Positions 1-8,867 of a stretch of 64,000 nucleotides of DNA are shown here, one piece after another. The notes below the pieces were generated by a model. It saw only the letters and a list, made by a program, of their open reading frames with translations, did not search any database and was not told the DNA's origin. Source of the DNA: Candidatus Auribacter fodinae. GTDB lineage: Bacteria > Auribacterota > Auribacteria > Auribacterales > Auribacteraceae. A program made the position numbers and the translations under genes. How positions within the stretch are numbered: position 1 is the stretch's first letter; each line of letters opens with the position of its first letter. The stretch spans positions 33,410 to 97,409 of the forward strand of contig QZJZ01000005.1 of assembly GCA_003599815.1 (NCBI GenBank). Direction: 5' to 3'.

Positions 1-1254
1 TGCTCCCGCCTGTGTGTCGTAGGCGTCAACATTGATAAGCAGGATATCCAGCTTCGAGTCGATGAGTTGCTTCATCAGAAACTCACTGAGTTGGGTTCCG
101 TTGGTTTCAAGGCATACCCGTGCCGCACGGTTATCTTTGGCGTATCGTATAAAGTCGATCAGTTCAGAATGCAATGTCGGTTCGCCGTACCCTGACAACA
201 CGAACAGCGGCGTGTACGCGCCGAAATCGTCGATAATGCCCTGAAACACTGCTTTATCCATATCTTTCGCAGGGCGTTGTAAGACAGTTTGCGGGCATGA
301 ATCGCATTTCAGACTGCATCTGCTGGTCAGTTCGATTTCCACCATAGACGGGAAAAGATAATTTGATTTCAGATCTATTTCCCTCGCTCTATCGTCATAA
401 TTCTCCGCAGTGAGCGATTGCAGTTTCCGGCACAACTCTTTTATTACGGCGATATCTTTCTGATAATGAACAGGGTAGAAATTGTGCATATCGGAAGAGT
501 TGACATTGATACCGAAATTTTCCGCGGTTTCCCTGAGAATATCGTCCAGATGGGTTTTCCTGCTGTAATAATCGGTGATAAAACGGATTTTATCCTTTGC
601 GACAGATTCTGTATCGCTTTGCGGATTAATCGCCTTTAACTGCGCGACAGCGTCTTTTATACGGGCAGTCTCGCTTTTGATGTCATCATTGTTCTTGTAA
701 GTGCAGACCGTCAACTTGCTCTGGATGTCAGGGACAGGAACAAGGTATATGTCGGAGCCGTTGTGCATGTGGCTGGTATACATCACGCCTTTGGCATTGG
801 AATTTTTTATTATTTTATCAATAAAATCAGGTTCAAGAAGGGGCACATCATCAGCGGTAAGTACAACTGCCAATTCAAGTTTTGTTTGTATCGCGTATCT
901 CAGCAGGCATGCGGGCGAATAAAACCCGTACCGCGGTTTTATATAGATAAAATCATCGTTTATCATACGGTTCGAGTCGTTGAACGCATAGGGCTCGTCA
1001 TTACTTATCCTGATGAGGCTTATGGTAACCGGCGAATTGTTTTTCTGAACAGAACAGACACACTCCGCAATGGGGTTATCGGCAGGTTTGTCGGAGGTCA
1101 CCACGTTGATAATGCTCAGTGCAGTGGACTGCTGGAGCCTGAGCAGAATATTTTCCAGAATCGATTTTCCGTTCAGTTTTTCCAGAACCAGCGACGGCAA
1201 ATCCAGCTTATTTTTGACATAAACAGACGCATGGATAAACATATGGCTTATCAT
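1..1254 (-). CDS. Radical SAM protein with N-terminal nucleotidyltransferase-like domain. 3' end truncated by the window edge; the gene is absent from the ORF track because it has no in-window stop.
   Basis: Reverse-strand translation from ATG at 1254..1252 (RBS AGGAGA about 10 nt upstream) is open through position 1. It reads MISHMFIHASVYVKNKLDLPSLVLEKLNGKSIL...VEIELTSRCSLKCDSCPQTVLQRP...LSGYGEPTLH. CxxxCxxC (CSLKCDSC) is the canonical radical SAM 4Fe-4S motif. The N-terminal ~300 aa is loosely nucleotidyl/cytidylyltransferase-like (KNKL..L..L.GKS.L..I; ADDVPLLEPDFIDKII). Confidence 0.6.
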   Translation of the reverse strand, partial: MISHMFIHASVYVKNKLDLPSLVLEKLNGKSILENILLRLQQSTALSIINVVTSDKPADNPIAECVCSVQKNNSPVTISLIRISNDEPYAFNDSNRMINDDFIYIKPRYGFYSPACLLRYAIQTKLELAVVLTADDVPLLEPDFIDKIIKNSNAKGVMYTSHMHNGSDIYLVPVPDIQSKLTVCTYKNNDDIKSETARIKDAVAQLKAINPQSDTESVAKDKIRFITDYYSRKTHLDDILRETAENFGINVNSSDMHNFYPVHYQKDIAVIKELCRKLQSLTAENYDDRAREIDLKSNYLFPSMVEIELTSRCSLKCDSCPQTVLQRPAKDMDKAVFQGIIDDFGAYTPLFVLSGYGEPTLHSELIDFIRYAKDNRAARVCLETNGTQLSEFLMKQLIDSKLDILLINVDAYDTQAGA

Positions 1255-1527
1255 TCTACAACTATCTCCTATGCGTAAATGTAAATCCGTGAGAACCTAT
1301 TATACCTGTTTCAGCGGGTAATCGTAAACCTCATTTAATCACAAACCGGCATAAATTTATATGATATTATGCGACTTTTTTTGTTGCAGGGAATAGTACT
1401 TGCTTTTATCAGTATCAACCGGATGTGCGTAATGAAGTGTTTTTTTATTAGACATAGTGGTTTCCAGTTATTTCAGTTTGAAATTAAAATGTACCTGTTC
1501 TGAACTTGCAGTTAGGAGAAGTACCTG

Positions 1528-3387
1528 ATGTGTGGAATCGGCGTTTACATATCCAAAGATACGATCAGCGAGCAGAAACTTGCTGATAAGTTAAACACAA
1601 TGAACGCCAGTCAGGAGCATCGAGGCCCTGACTTTTCAGCAAGTTACTGTCACGGACACGTAGGATTATGCCATACGCGGTTATCCATTATCGACCTGTC
1701 CGCGCAGGCAAACCAGCCGTTTTATTCGCCGGAAAGAAAGTATGTGCTTTCCTACAACGGAGAACTGTACAATTTCAGAGAACTTCGTGAAAAACTCATA
1801 AGCCTCGGTCATGTTTTCACTACTCATTCCGATACGGAAGTTGTTCTCCACTCGTATATGGAATGGGGAACCGGTGCGTTCGTCAAATTCAACGGAATGT
1901 TCGGGCTTGCCATTTATGATTCCGTGGAGAACAAAGTGATTCTCGCCCGTGACCGGATGGGCATGAAGTTTATCCATTATTACGCTGATGAAAAACAGAT
2001 CGTGTTTGCGTCGGAAATAAAAGCCATACTGAATGTTGTGGGCATACCCGAGTACCGTACAGAAGCAGTAAACGATTTTCTCGTGCTTGGGCAGATAGAC
2101 AAAACCCGGAGCTTCTTTCAGGGTGTGCAAACGTTACTGCCGGGTAAGTTCTGTGTCGTGAACCTGTCGGATTACTCCGTTACGCCTGTCGGGTATTATA
2201 ACCTTCAGGCAAACATCGACCCTGACAGGTATATCTGCAACAAGAGCATATCCATGGAAGAACACGTAGATACGCTCGACAAACTGCTCCGCAAATCGAT
2301 AGAAAAGCATCTTATTGCCGATATCCCCGTAGGCACATTATGCAGCGGCGGGCTGGACTCTAGCCTCGTTACCGCAATAGCGAAACAGATCAACCCTGAC
2401 GTCAGAATATATCACGGCGGAGTGGAAGAAGGCGGAGGCGAAGAGGAATATGCTGTCCTTGCGGCAAAACATCTGAATGTGGATATCAACTTTATTTATA
2501 TGTCACGAGACAAGTACCTCAATGATCTCGTTGATACGGTGTACCAGATGGAAACGCCATGTTTTCATCAGAATGACATCTCGCTCTATCATATATGCAA
2601 ACTAGCACGCACACACGGGGTAAAAGTGCTGTTGTCCGGTGAAAGCAGTGACGAACTGTTCGCCGGGTATCCGTGGTATCCCAGATTGATGAAAAAAACC
2701 GCTTTTGCCGATCCGAACGGCACAGGCTGGACAAACGATTACCTGCCCACAGCAGGGTTGTTTTATCGTTTTCCCGATTATTACGAAACGCCGCGTCTCG
2801 CCAACGCGTATTCGCTGTTTGCGCATCAGGGCGAAAAACTGCTCAGGTGGAACTGGATACTCGATACGTTCGGGTTTCTGCAGGATATCAGCGAAAAGAC
2901 AGGCAACGCCATCCTGATCGACAACTTGCTCACCTTTTTGAATACATTGTTGTACACCGCTGACAGGATGGGCATGCTGTCGTCCATAGAAAACAGGTTC
3001 CCGTTCATAGAGAACGACATAGTCGATTTCACGCTCAACCTTCCGTTGGAATTTAAAGTCGATTTCCGCGCTGGGAAAAAGGTGTTAAAACTGGTTGCAG
3101 AACGGTATCTTCCGAAGGAAATAATCTATCGCAGGAAACAGGGGTTCCCGACACCGGTGGAATCGTACATATCGTTTAATGAAGCGTTTTTCAAAGACGG
3201 TTTTTTAGAACAGCATTTATCTCTGCCCGCGTCAATATTCGGTAAGACCGGAGTGGATAAACGATTGATGTACCGCCTTACCACAGCAGAAGTCTGGGGG
3301 CGCATATTTGTGCTGAAACAAAATCTCGACGAGATTAAAAATCATATTTCAGCGACGCTCAACAGGAAATATCAGTATATATCGTAA
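1528..3387 (+). CDS. asnB: Asparagine synthase (glutamine-hydrolysing), AsnB/WbpS-like amidotransferase
   Basis: N-terminal MCGI (Cys2 class-II glutamine amidotransferase) and the SGGLDSS PP-loop motif. 619 aa. RBS AGGAGA. Confidence 0.88.
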   Translation: MCGIGVYISKDTISEQKLADKLNTMNASQEHRGPDFSASYCHGHVGLCHTRLSIIDLSAQANQPFYSPERKYVLSYNGELYNFRELREKLISLGHVFTTHSDTEVVLHSYMEWGTGAFVKFNGMFGLAIYDSVENKVILARDRMGMKFIHYYADEKQIVFASEIKAILNVVGIPEYRTEAVNDFLVLGQIDKTRSFFQGVQTLLPGKFCVVNLSDYSVTPVGYYNLQANIDPDRYICNKSISMEEHVDTLDKLLRKSIEKHLIADIPVGTLCSGGLDSSLVTAIAKQINPDVRIYHGGVEEGGGEEEYAVLAAKHLNVDINFIYMSRDKYLNDLVDTVYQMETPCFHQNDISLYHICKLARTHGVKVLLSGESSDELFAGYPWYPRLMKKTAFADPNGTGWTNDYLPTAGLFYRFPDYYETPRLANAYSLFAHQGEKLLRWNWILDTFGFLQDISEKTGNAILIDNLLTFLNTLLYTADRMGMLSSIENRFPFIENDIVDFTLNLPLEFKVDFRAGKKVLKLVAERYLPKEIIYRRKQGFPTPVESYISFNEAFFKDGFLEQHLSLPASIFGKTGVDKRLMYRLTTAEVWGRIFVLKQNLDEIKNHISATLNRKYQYIS

Positions 3388-4259
3388 ACGATGGGGCTGT
3401 TGCTTTCTCTGACGCACACAAGCAGATGGTTTTTGTTTACTGAGAGAAAAACCGGCGTGTAATGCGTTTCGCTGAAATCGAAATCCTTGGTAAAGATAAG
3501 GTTCCCCTCAGCGTCATATTTTTTGATCGTATTTTCCAGCATTCCGGAACCGACAAAAAAGCAGTCCAGTTCTTTGCTGTATGCTATGGATTCCCCGGTC
3601 AATTCCGTTTGTTGAAACGCGCCGTTTCTGAAGGTAAAGATGTTGCATGTTTTTCTCAGATTTGCGGTTTGGAAAAAGTCGATGATGTACAGCGTATCAT
3701 TGAAATACGCCAGTTGAATCGGGTATATGAAATTTCCCTGATAAGACGATATGTTGCCGTTCGGGTTAAGGTAATGCAGGATGCCCGACATTGCTTCACA
3801 GAAGTATATTCCGCCTTTATCGTCGGTGATGACAGACATAATCGCTTTATCTTTGAAAAACGGAATTTCGTCTTCCATGGCGCCGATAAGCTTGAAATCC
3901 TGTGAGAAGAGTTTAGCGGAGAATAATACTATATTGACAGTAGTCAATCCACTTACAATGTACATTTCCCTGTATGAGGTAATGGTGGACAGTTCCCATG
4001 GGTAGTGAGAACTCATCGCATATTTGTTGAGTATATTAAAATTAGTATCGGCTGAAATGATCTCTTTTGCTTTTCGATCGGACGAACTATTGTTAAATAA
4101 TATCTTTTCATTCACGCACGAGATTGTTCTGAAGTTCAGCACTGAGACGTCTGAGAGTAATGCCGTAGCTTTTTTATTATATCTGAGATAATAATCTTTT
4201 TGGAATTTTTCAGCGGTCAAAGTAATTTTCTTACTATCATTATTATCCATTTTATCCAC
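3372..4259 (-). CDS. Hypothetical protein, no recognisable motif
   Basis: 295-aa ORF convergent with and overlapping the asnB 3' end by 16 nt. No signal peptide. Confidence 0.4.
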   Translation of the reverse strand: MDKMDNNDSKKITLTAEKFQKDYYLRYNKKATALLSDVSVLNFRTISCVNEKILFNNSSSDRKAKEIISADTNFNILNKYAMSSHYPWELSTITSYREMYIVSGLTTVNIVLFSAKLFSQDFKLIGAMEDEIPFFKDKAIMSVITDDKGGIYFCEAMSGILHYLNPNGNISSYQGNFIYPIQLAYFNDTLYIIDFFQTANLRKTCNIFTFRNGAFQQTELTGESIAYSKELDCFFVGSGMLENTIKKYDAEGNLIFTKDFDFSETHYTPVFLSVNKNHLLVCVRESNSPIVYDIY

Positions 4260-4521
4260 GATATCTGGCTGTTTGGTTTGGCAATATTATAAATATTATT
4301 CCTTTGATATCAAATTACAGCGGAAGAAGCGAGCAAATTTTAATAAAAGATGACGAGGTTAGTATAAAACATCATCATATCAGAGAATATTTCAACAGTT
4401 AAATTTCGTTTCAGAAGAACATGATCCTGATTAACATTGTGGCATAATAAATGCTTTAAATTCTTTGAGTACCTCTGTCTTGCATTTTTATCATATTTAA
4501 TCATAAATAAAGGAGCATGGA

Positions 4522-6366
4522 ATGAATCCGGTATTGCAGGAAATAAAACAAGACAAAGCAGTAAAATTAAAGGCATACAAGGACAAGTTCGAAATGAGTT
4601 TGAATGACTGGATGCAATATCATCATTCCGAAATAGTTATGGATCAATGTTTCTATATGGGAGTTAAAACGCTAAAGAATCCAATGGATCTTTGGGTTTA
4701 TCAGGAGATCATATACTCTGTAAAGCCCGACGTGATTCTTGAAATTGGTAGTATGCACGGAGGTAGTACTCTTTATTTTGCAAACCTTCTTGATTCAATA
4801 GGGCGTGGACAAGTAATTTCTGTGGATATACAGCGCGATTATTACCAGATTGAACATGAAAGGGTGATAGAAATTACTGGTGACAGCGCATCACCGGAAG
4901 TAGTGAATAAAGTATATGACCTATGCAAGGATAAAACTGTCTTTATCATTCACGATGGAGAACATTCAAAAGTACAGGTGCTTAAAGATCTGAGAGCCTA
5001 TGCAGATTTAGTTAGCCTGAACAGTTACTTTATTGTTGAGGATACCACAAGCGAATTTTTAACCAAAAATGAACTATACGAGGGTCCGTTTGAAGCGGTT
5101 GAGGAGTTTTTAAGGGAATCATCGGATTTTATTGTAGACAATACTCGTGAACGATATCTGCTTACATATGCTATGAACGGTTTTTTAAAACGGATTCAGG
5201 TTAATAATAAAACTGCTGAAACACCAGCGTGCGTTATGAATAAATCAGTTGTATCCGGTAACGATCTTGCGCCATATCTTGCGGTGAGATACAGAATGAT
5301 TGTCTTATCAAACTATGTTAAATCCAATATGAATAGGCTTGATTACGAGAGTCAGGAAATACTCTGCGATCTCGGTCTCAATATGTATACGTTATTCAAG
5401 GATGTGCTGGATTTATCCTTTGGATCCATATCCTTACAAGGAAATACAGCTATATATGGATCTGGCGCATTTTGTGAAGTACTGGTTTCTACTTTGAACA
5501 GGTATCAAGATATCTTCCTCACTGCGATTGTGGAAAAAAACGAGGCTAAGCACGGTTCAACAATGCTTGGGTTGCCTGTTATATCGATAAATGATTTGGA
5601 AAGATATGAAATACGAAATATTCTTATTGCCTCATTGGCACACGGTCGCGAAATAGCGAAGCGTCTTGAGTATCTACGAAAGGAAAAGAATATTAGGGTT
5701 ATCCAACTTCCTCTTCAGCTATTATCTATTATGAATCCTAACATTGAATATGCGGATGAATTATTGAATACTTATCCCATCATAGCATCGGAGATGATGA
5801 GCCAAGAGCAGTTGTGTGTCATTATAAGAATGTTGGGAAAGGTTCTGATCGACAATGTGGATGGAGATATTGTTGAATTAGGTTGTAATTCCGGTTCCAC
5901 ATCGTTATTTATTCGTCGGATGCTGGATCATTACCAGAGTGATAAGAAGTATCATGTGTATGATTCGTTTGAAGGTTTGCCGGATCATACAGATTATGAT
6001 GTTCCCCAAAGCGGAATTCAGCGTTTTAAAGGGGAATGTTATACTACCAGAGATATATTTATCCAGAAATTCAACGAGGCTGGTCTTGTTTTGCCCGAAA
6101 TTAATGAAGGCTGGTTTAAAGATATCCCTGATGAGAAGTATCCCGATAAAATATCTTTTGCATTTTTTGATGGTGATTTCTATTCATCAATTATAGATAG
6201 TTTTGAGAAAGTGTATCATAAGTTATCGAGTAATGCGATTGTATGCATCCACGATTATCGAAACAGGAATTTACCGGGAGCCCGTAAAGCATGTGATGAT
6301 TTTCTGCATGATAAACCAGAAACTGTCTTTGAAATTGATGGTATAGGGTACATGGTAAAGATCTGA
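4522..6366 (+). CDS. Two-domain SAM-dependent O-methyltransferase fusion: N-terminal CmcI / rhamnosyl-O-methyltransferase-like, C-terminal TylF / macrocin-O-MT-like
   Basis: N-terminal KNPMDLWVYQEIIYSVKPDVILEIGSMHGGSTLYFA resembles the CmcI (cephalosporin-hydroxylase) family. C-terminal FAFFDGDFYSSIIDSF and IHDY resemble the TylF family DxDxYES core. RBS AAAGGAG. Confidence 0.55.
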   Translation: MNPVLQEIKQDKAVKLKAYKDKFEMSLNDWMQYHHSEIVMDQCFYMGVKTLKNPMDLWVYQEIIYSVKPDVILEIGSMHGGSTLYFANLLDSIGRGQVISVDIQRDYYQIEHERVIEITGDSASPEVVNKVYDLCKDKTVFIIHDGEHSKVQVLKDLRAYADLVSLNSYFIVEDTTSEFLTKNELYEGPFEAVEEFLRESSDFIVDNTRERYLLTYAMNGFLKRIQVNNKTAETPACVMNKSVVSGNDLAPYLAVRYRMIVLSNYVKSNMNRLDYESQEILCDLGLNMYTLFKDVLDLSFGSISLQGNTAIYGSGAFCEVLVSTLNRYQDIFLTAIVEKNEAKHGSTMLGLPVISINDLERYEIRNILIASLAHGREIAKRLEYLRKEKNIRVIQLPLQLLSIMNPNIEYADELLNTYPIIASEMMSQEQLCVIIRMLGKVLIDNVDGDIVELGCNSGSTSLFIRRMLDHYQSDKKYHVYDSFEGLPDHTDYDVPQSGIQRFKGECYTTRDIFIQKFNEAGLVLPEINEGWFKDIPDEKYPDKISFAFFDGDFYSSIIDSFEKVYHKLSSNAIVCIHDYRNRNLPGARKACDDFLHDKPETVFEIDGIGYMVKI

Positions 6367-6502
6367 TCGACAAGTCATCAGGAATACTCAAATATTCTTA
6401 ACTCTTTGGTATCGTCTCATCACTTTTGTAAAGTTAGAAATCTCTTAGTATACTAGTTGGTCTGTAATGCTGAACATATAATGTACATAAAAGTGGCAAA
6501 TA

Positions 6503-8719
6503 ATGGATATAGCTGTTATTTTTTCATTGTATGAGGATTCGTATCTTTTCAAGAGGTTTTTCGCGTGGGCAGAAGAAGTCAGCAAAGATAACTGTTCTTT
6601 TCATTTTATCCACCATTCTCAAAAAACTTTAAACAATACTATAGATTTTCCTGGAAAATATATTCATCTTGTTGACTACAAGGATGTTGTGCTTTATCTT
6701 GAGGAGAATGAAATTGATATTGTGCATTCGTATATCGGAGATAAAGTAACCTTCTTGGCGCGGGCGGCTGGAGTAAAACGGATAATTCAGCATCCTATAT
6801 CCAGTTATACTGAACTGGGAGTGGATTCTTACCCGGCAGACTGTATTTGTTGTTCCGATGAAAGTATGATTGGCCAGCTGAAAAAACAGTGTCCGCAAAA
6901 ACATATAGTTTCCATCAAAGACAGCATTAATATCGAGCCGGATCATAAGCCTCAGGATCTGCGGGATAAACTAGGTTTTAAATCCGGTGAAATCGTAATC
7001 GGTTTTGTCGGGAAATTATGGCGTCAGAAATATTTCGATAAGTTCATTTCAATGTTTTTGGAGTTATGCAAAAAAAATAAGAAATTGAAACTAGTACTCG
7101 ACGGGAGGACTTATAATAAACAATTTGAAGACTACCTTAATAGTAGGGTTGAATCAATATATTTTCATGATGATCCTGATGAACTGATCGCTAACTCGGA
7201 TATTTTGGTAATCAAGTCGGAAACATATTTTAATCCATATGGCGAAATTATTACTGAAAATGATCAAGAATATAACTGGTGGTTAATGCATGCAATGGCA
7301 TATGCTATCCCATTTATAACGATTTATAATAAGACTCAGAAACAAAGAAAGGAACTTATTAACGACAAAGAAAACTGTTTTGTCGTTGGCTTGGATGATA
7401 TGGCAGCTTATCAGGCAGCGCTCGCAGAACTAATCGATAATAAAAGAATCCGTGATACGTTTGGGCAAAACGGTAGAAAGATTCTGACAGAGGGTTACGG
7501 TGTAAATCTTGTAGCACAGCAATATAAAAAGCTTTATAACTATCTCTTGTCCGAACAGTTTGTGTCTGATTATCCATCAGCATCAAAAGATGCGGAGACC
7601 CATTTTCTGGGTAATATGATCGAACTGAAATCTCTTAAACTTGATCACAGAAAAGTGCTTGTTGTCCGTTCGGGAAGTCAAGTAAAAACAGAGGAATTGA
7701 TTACAAATATGACGAGAGCGTTTCCATCCGTGGAGTTGTCTCTTTGTTGTCATAAACGGAATTTGTCTGAAATGCGAAAATACGCAAATATCCATGAAAT
7801 TATTACCTATCAAAAATCCGATAGTTTTGATCAGGCAAGAATGAAAGCAGCCATTAAAAAGATTAATCGAAAAAAATATGATTATGTCTTTTTTGTCTTT
7901 AATAGTATTTTCCAGGAAATGACCCATCAGAATCTGTTGGATATTATCGTACAGTTACGTCCTGAATCAGGTATTGTAATATCGACGGGGAAACTCAACT
8001 TCCTTTATCCTTTTGTGCGGAAAGATGATATTGAGAGAAACCATCTTATAAATAAATATAAAAAAGCGCTGGACCCTGAGCAAGAATATGTGATTACTTC
8101 TCCATGGGAAAAGAATATTGCACATCTGCCGAAATGGGATCGATTTAAAATCGAGAAATACAGGGAAGTTATTAACTCCAGCAAAAAAATTCTTTGTTGC
8201 GGAGACCCCACTAATCCTATGTTCGGATTGTTTGAGGATGAACTAAAGGGTAAAGAACTCATTTCTGTTGATATCGTTGAAAAATGCAATCGTGATATAA
8301 TTGCAGATATTTGTGATTTACACATGATTGAGGATAACTCTATAGACGGTATTATATGTTATGCTATTTTAGAACATGTATATAATCCTTTCAAAGCAGT
8401 TGATGAATTGCATAGAATTTTAAAATCTGGTGGAAAAATAATGATGTTTGTTCCATGGATGTGGCGCCATCACTCGAATAAAAAAACATGCTTTGATTTT
8501 TATCGCTTCTCATGCGAGGGTGCCCGGTATTTGTTAAAAGATTTTTCCTATGTGGAATTGTCTCCTATACAGGGTAAACTGGAAGCGGTTTTTGTCTACG
8601 TCCTTCAGTTTATAAAATACCGGTCATTACTACACAAGCCGCTAGTCAAACTTATAAGAAGATTTGACAAGTGTACAGAAGAGGATCCTTCCGGATTTAA
8701 TATTTTTGCTGTTAAATAG
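6503..8719 (+). CDS. Glycosyltransferase (GT1/GT4-like) fused to a C-terminal class-I SAM methyltransferase domain
   Basis: Middle region GFVGKLWRQKYFDKFISMF...LVLDG is GT4-like. C-terminal ILCCGDP...DGIICYAILEHVYNP...LKSGGKIMM is Methyltransf_11-like. 738 aa. Confidence 0.5.
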   Translation: MDIAVIFSLYEDSYLFKRFFAWAEEVSKDNCSFHFIHHSQKTLNNTIDFPGKYIHLVDYKDVVLYLEENEIDIVHSYIGDKVTFLARAAGVKRIIQHPISSYTELGVDSYPADCICCSDESMIGQLKKQCPQKHIVSIKDSINIEPDHKPQDLRDKLGFKSGEIVIGFVGKLWRQKYFDKFISMFLELCKKNKKLKLVLDGRTYNKQFEDYLNSRVESIYFHDDPDELIANSDILVIKSETYFNPYGEIITENDQEYNWWLMHAMAYAIPFITIYNKTQKQRKELINDKENCFVVGLDDMAAYQAALAELIDNKRIRDTFGQNGRKILTEGYGVNLVAQQYKKLYNYLLSEQFVSDYPSASKDAETHFLGNMIELKSLKLDHRKVLVVRSGSQVKTEELITNMTRAFPSVELSLCCHKRNLSEMRKYANIHEIITYQKSDSFDQARMKAAIKKINRKKYDYVFFVFNSIFQEMTHQNLLDIIVQLRPESGIVISTGKLNFLYPFVRKDDIERNHLINKYKKALDPEQEYVITSPWEKNIAHLPKWDRFKIEKYREVINSSKKILCCGDPTNPMFGLFEDELKGKELISVDIVEKCNRDIIADICDLHMIEDNSIDGIICYAILEHVYNPFKAVDELHRILKSGGKIMMFVPWMWRHHSNKKTCFDFYRFSCEGARYLLKDFSYVELSPIQGKLEAVFVYVLQFIKYRSLLHKPLVKLIRRFDKCTEEDPSGFNIFAVK

Positions 8720-8797
8720 GCACCATATCGCTGATGAAGTGTGGTATCAGCCTTCCTCCGCAATCCACTGCGAATAAAAATCTTTTCAGCCCGCGAT

Positions 8798-8826
8798 TTG
8801 CAAAGATGGTTTTTATCGGCTATAAT
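8798..8826 (+). promoter_or_regulatory. Sigma-70-type promoter: -35 TTGCAA, 17-bp spacer, -10 TATAAT
   Basis: TTGCAA 8798-8803 and TATAAT 8821-8826 sit about 42 nt upstream of the PEP-CTERM gene ATG. An RBS AAAGGAAA follows. The same TTGCAA-17-TATA[TA]A architecture recurs at 49422-49450. Confidence 0.5.
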
Positions 8827-8867
8827 TTATATAGAAAAAATAATCAACCCGATAAAGGAAAACCTCG

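Noticed and set aside
763-1278. The + strand 171-aa ORF and other short + ORFs in the first 1.3 kb
   Set aside because: The opposite strand carries an uninterrupted frame of more than 417 codons with a radical SAM motif and a good RBS. The + ORFs are antisense artefacts.
1681-2130. A 149-aa minus-strand ORF inside asnB
   Set aside because: It is fully embedded antisense in a high-confidence AsnB gene.
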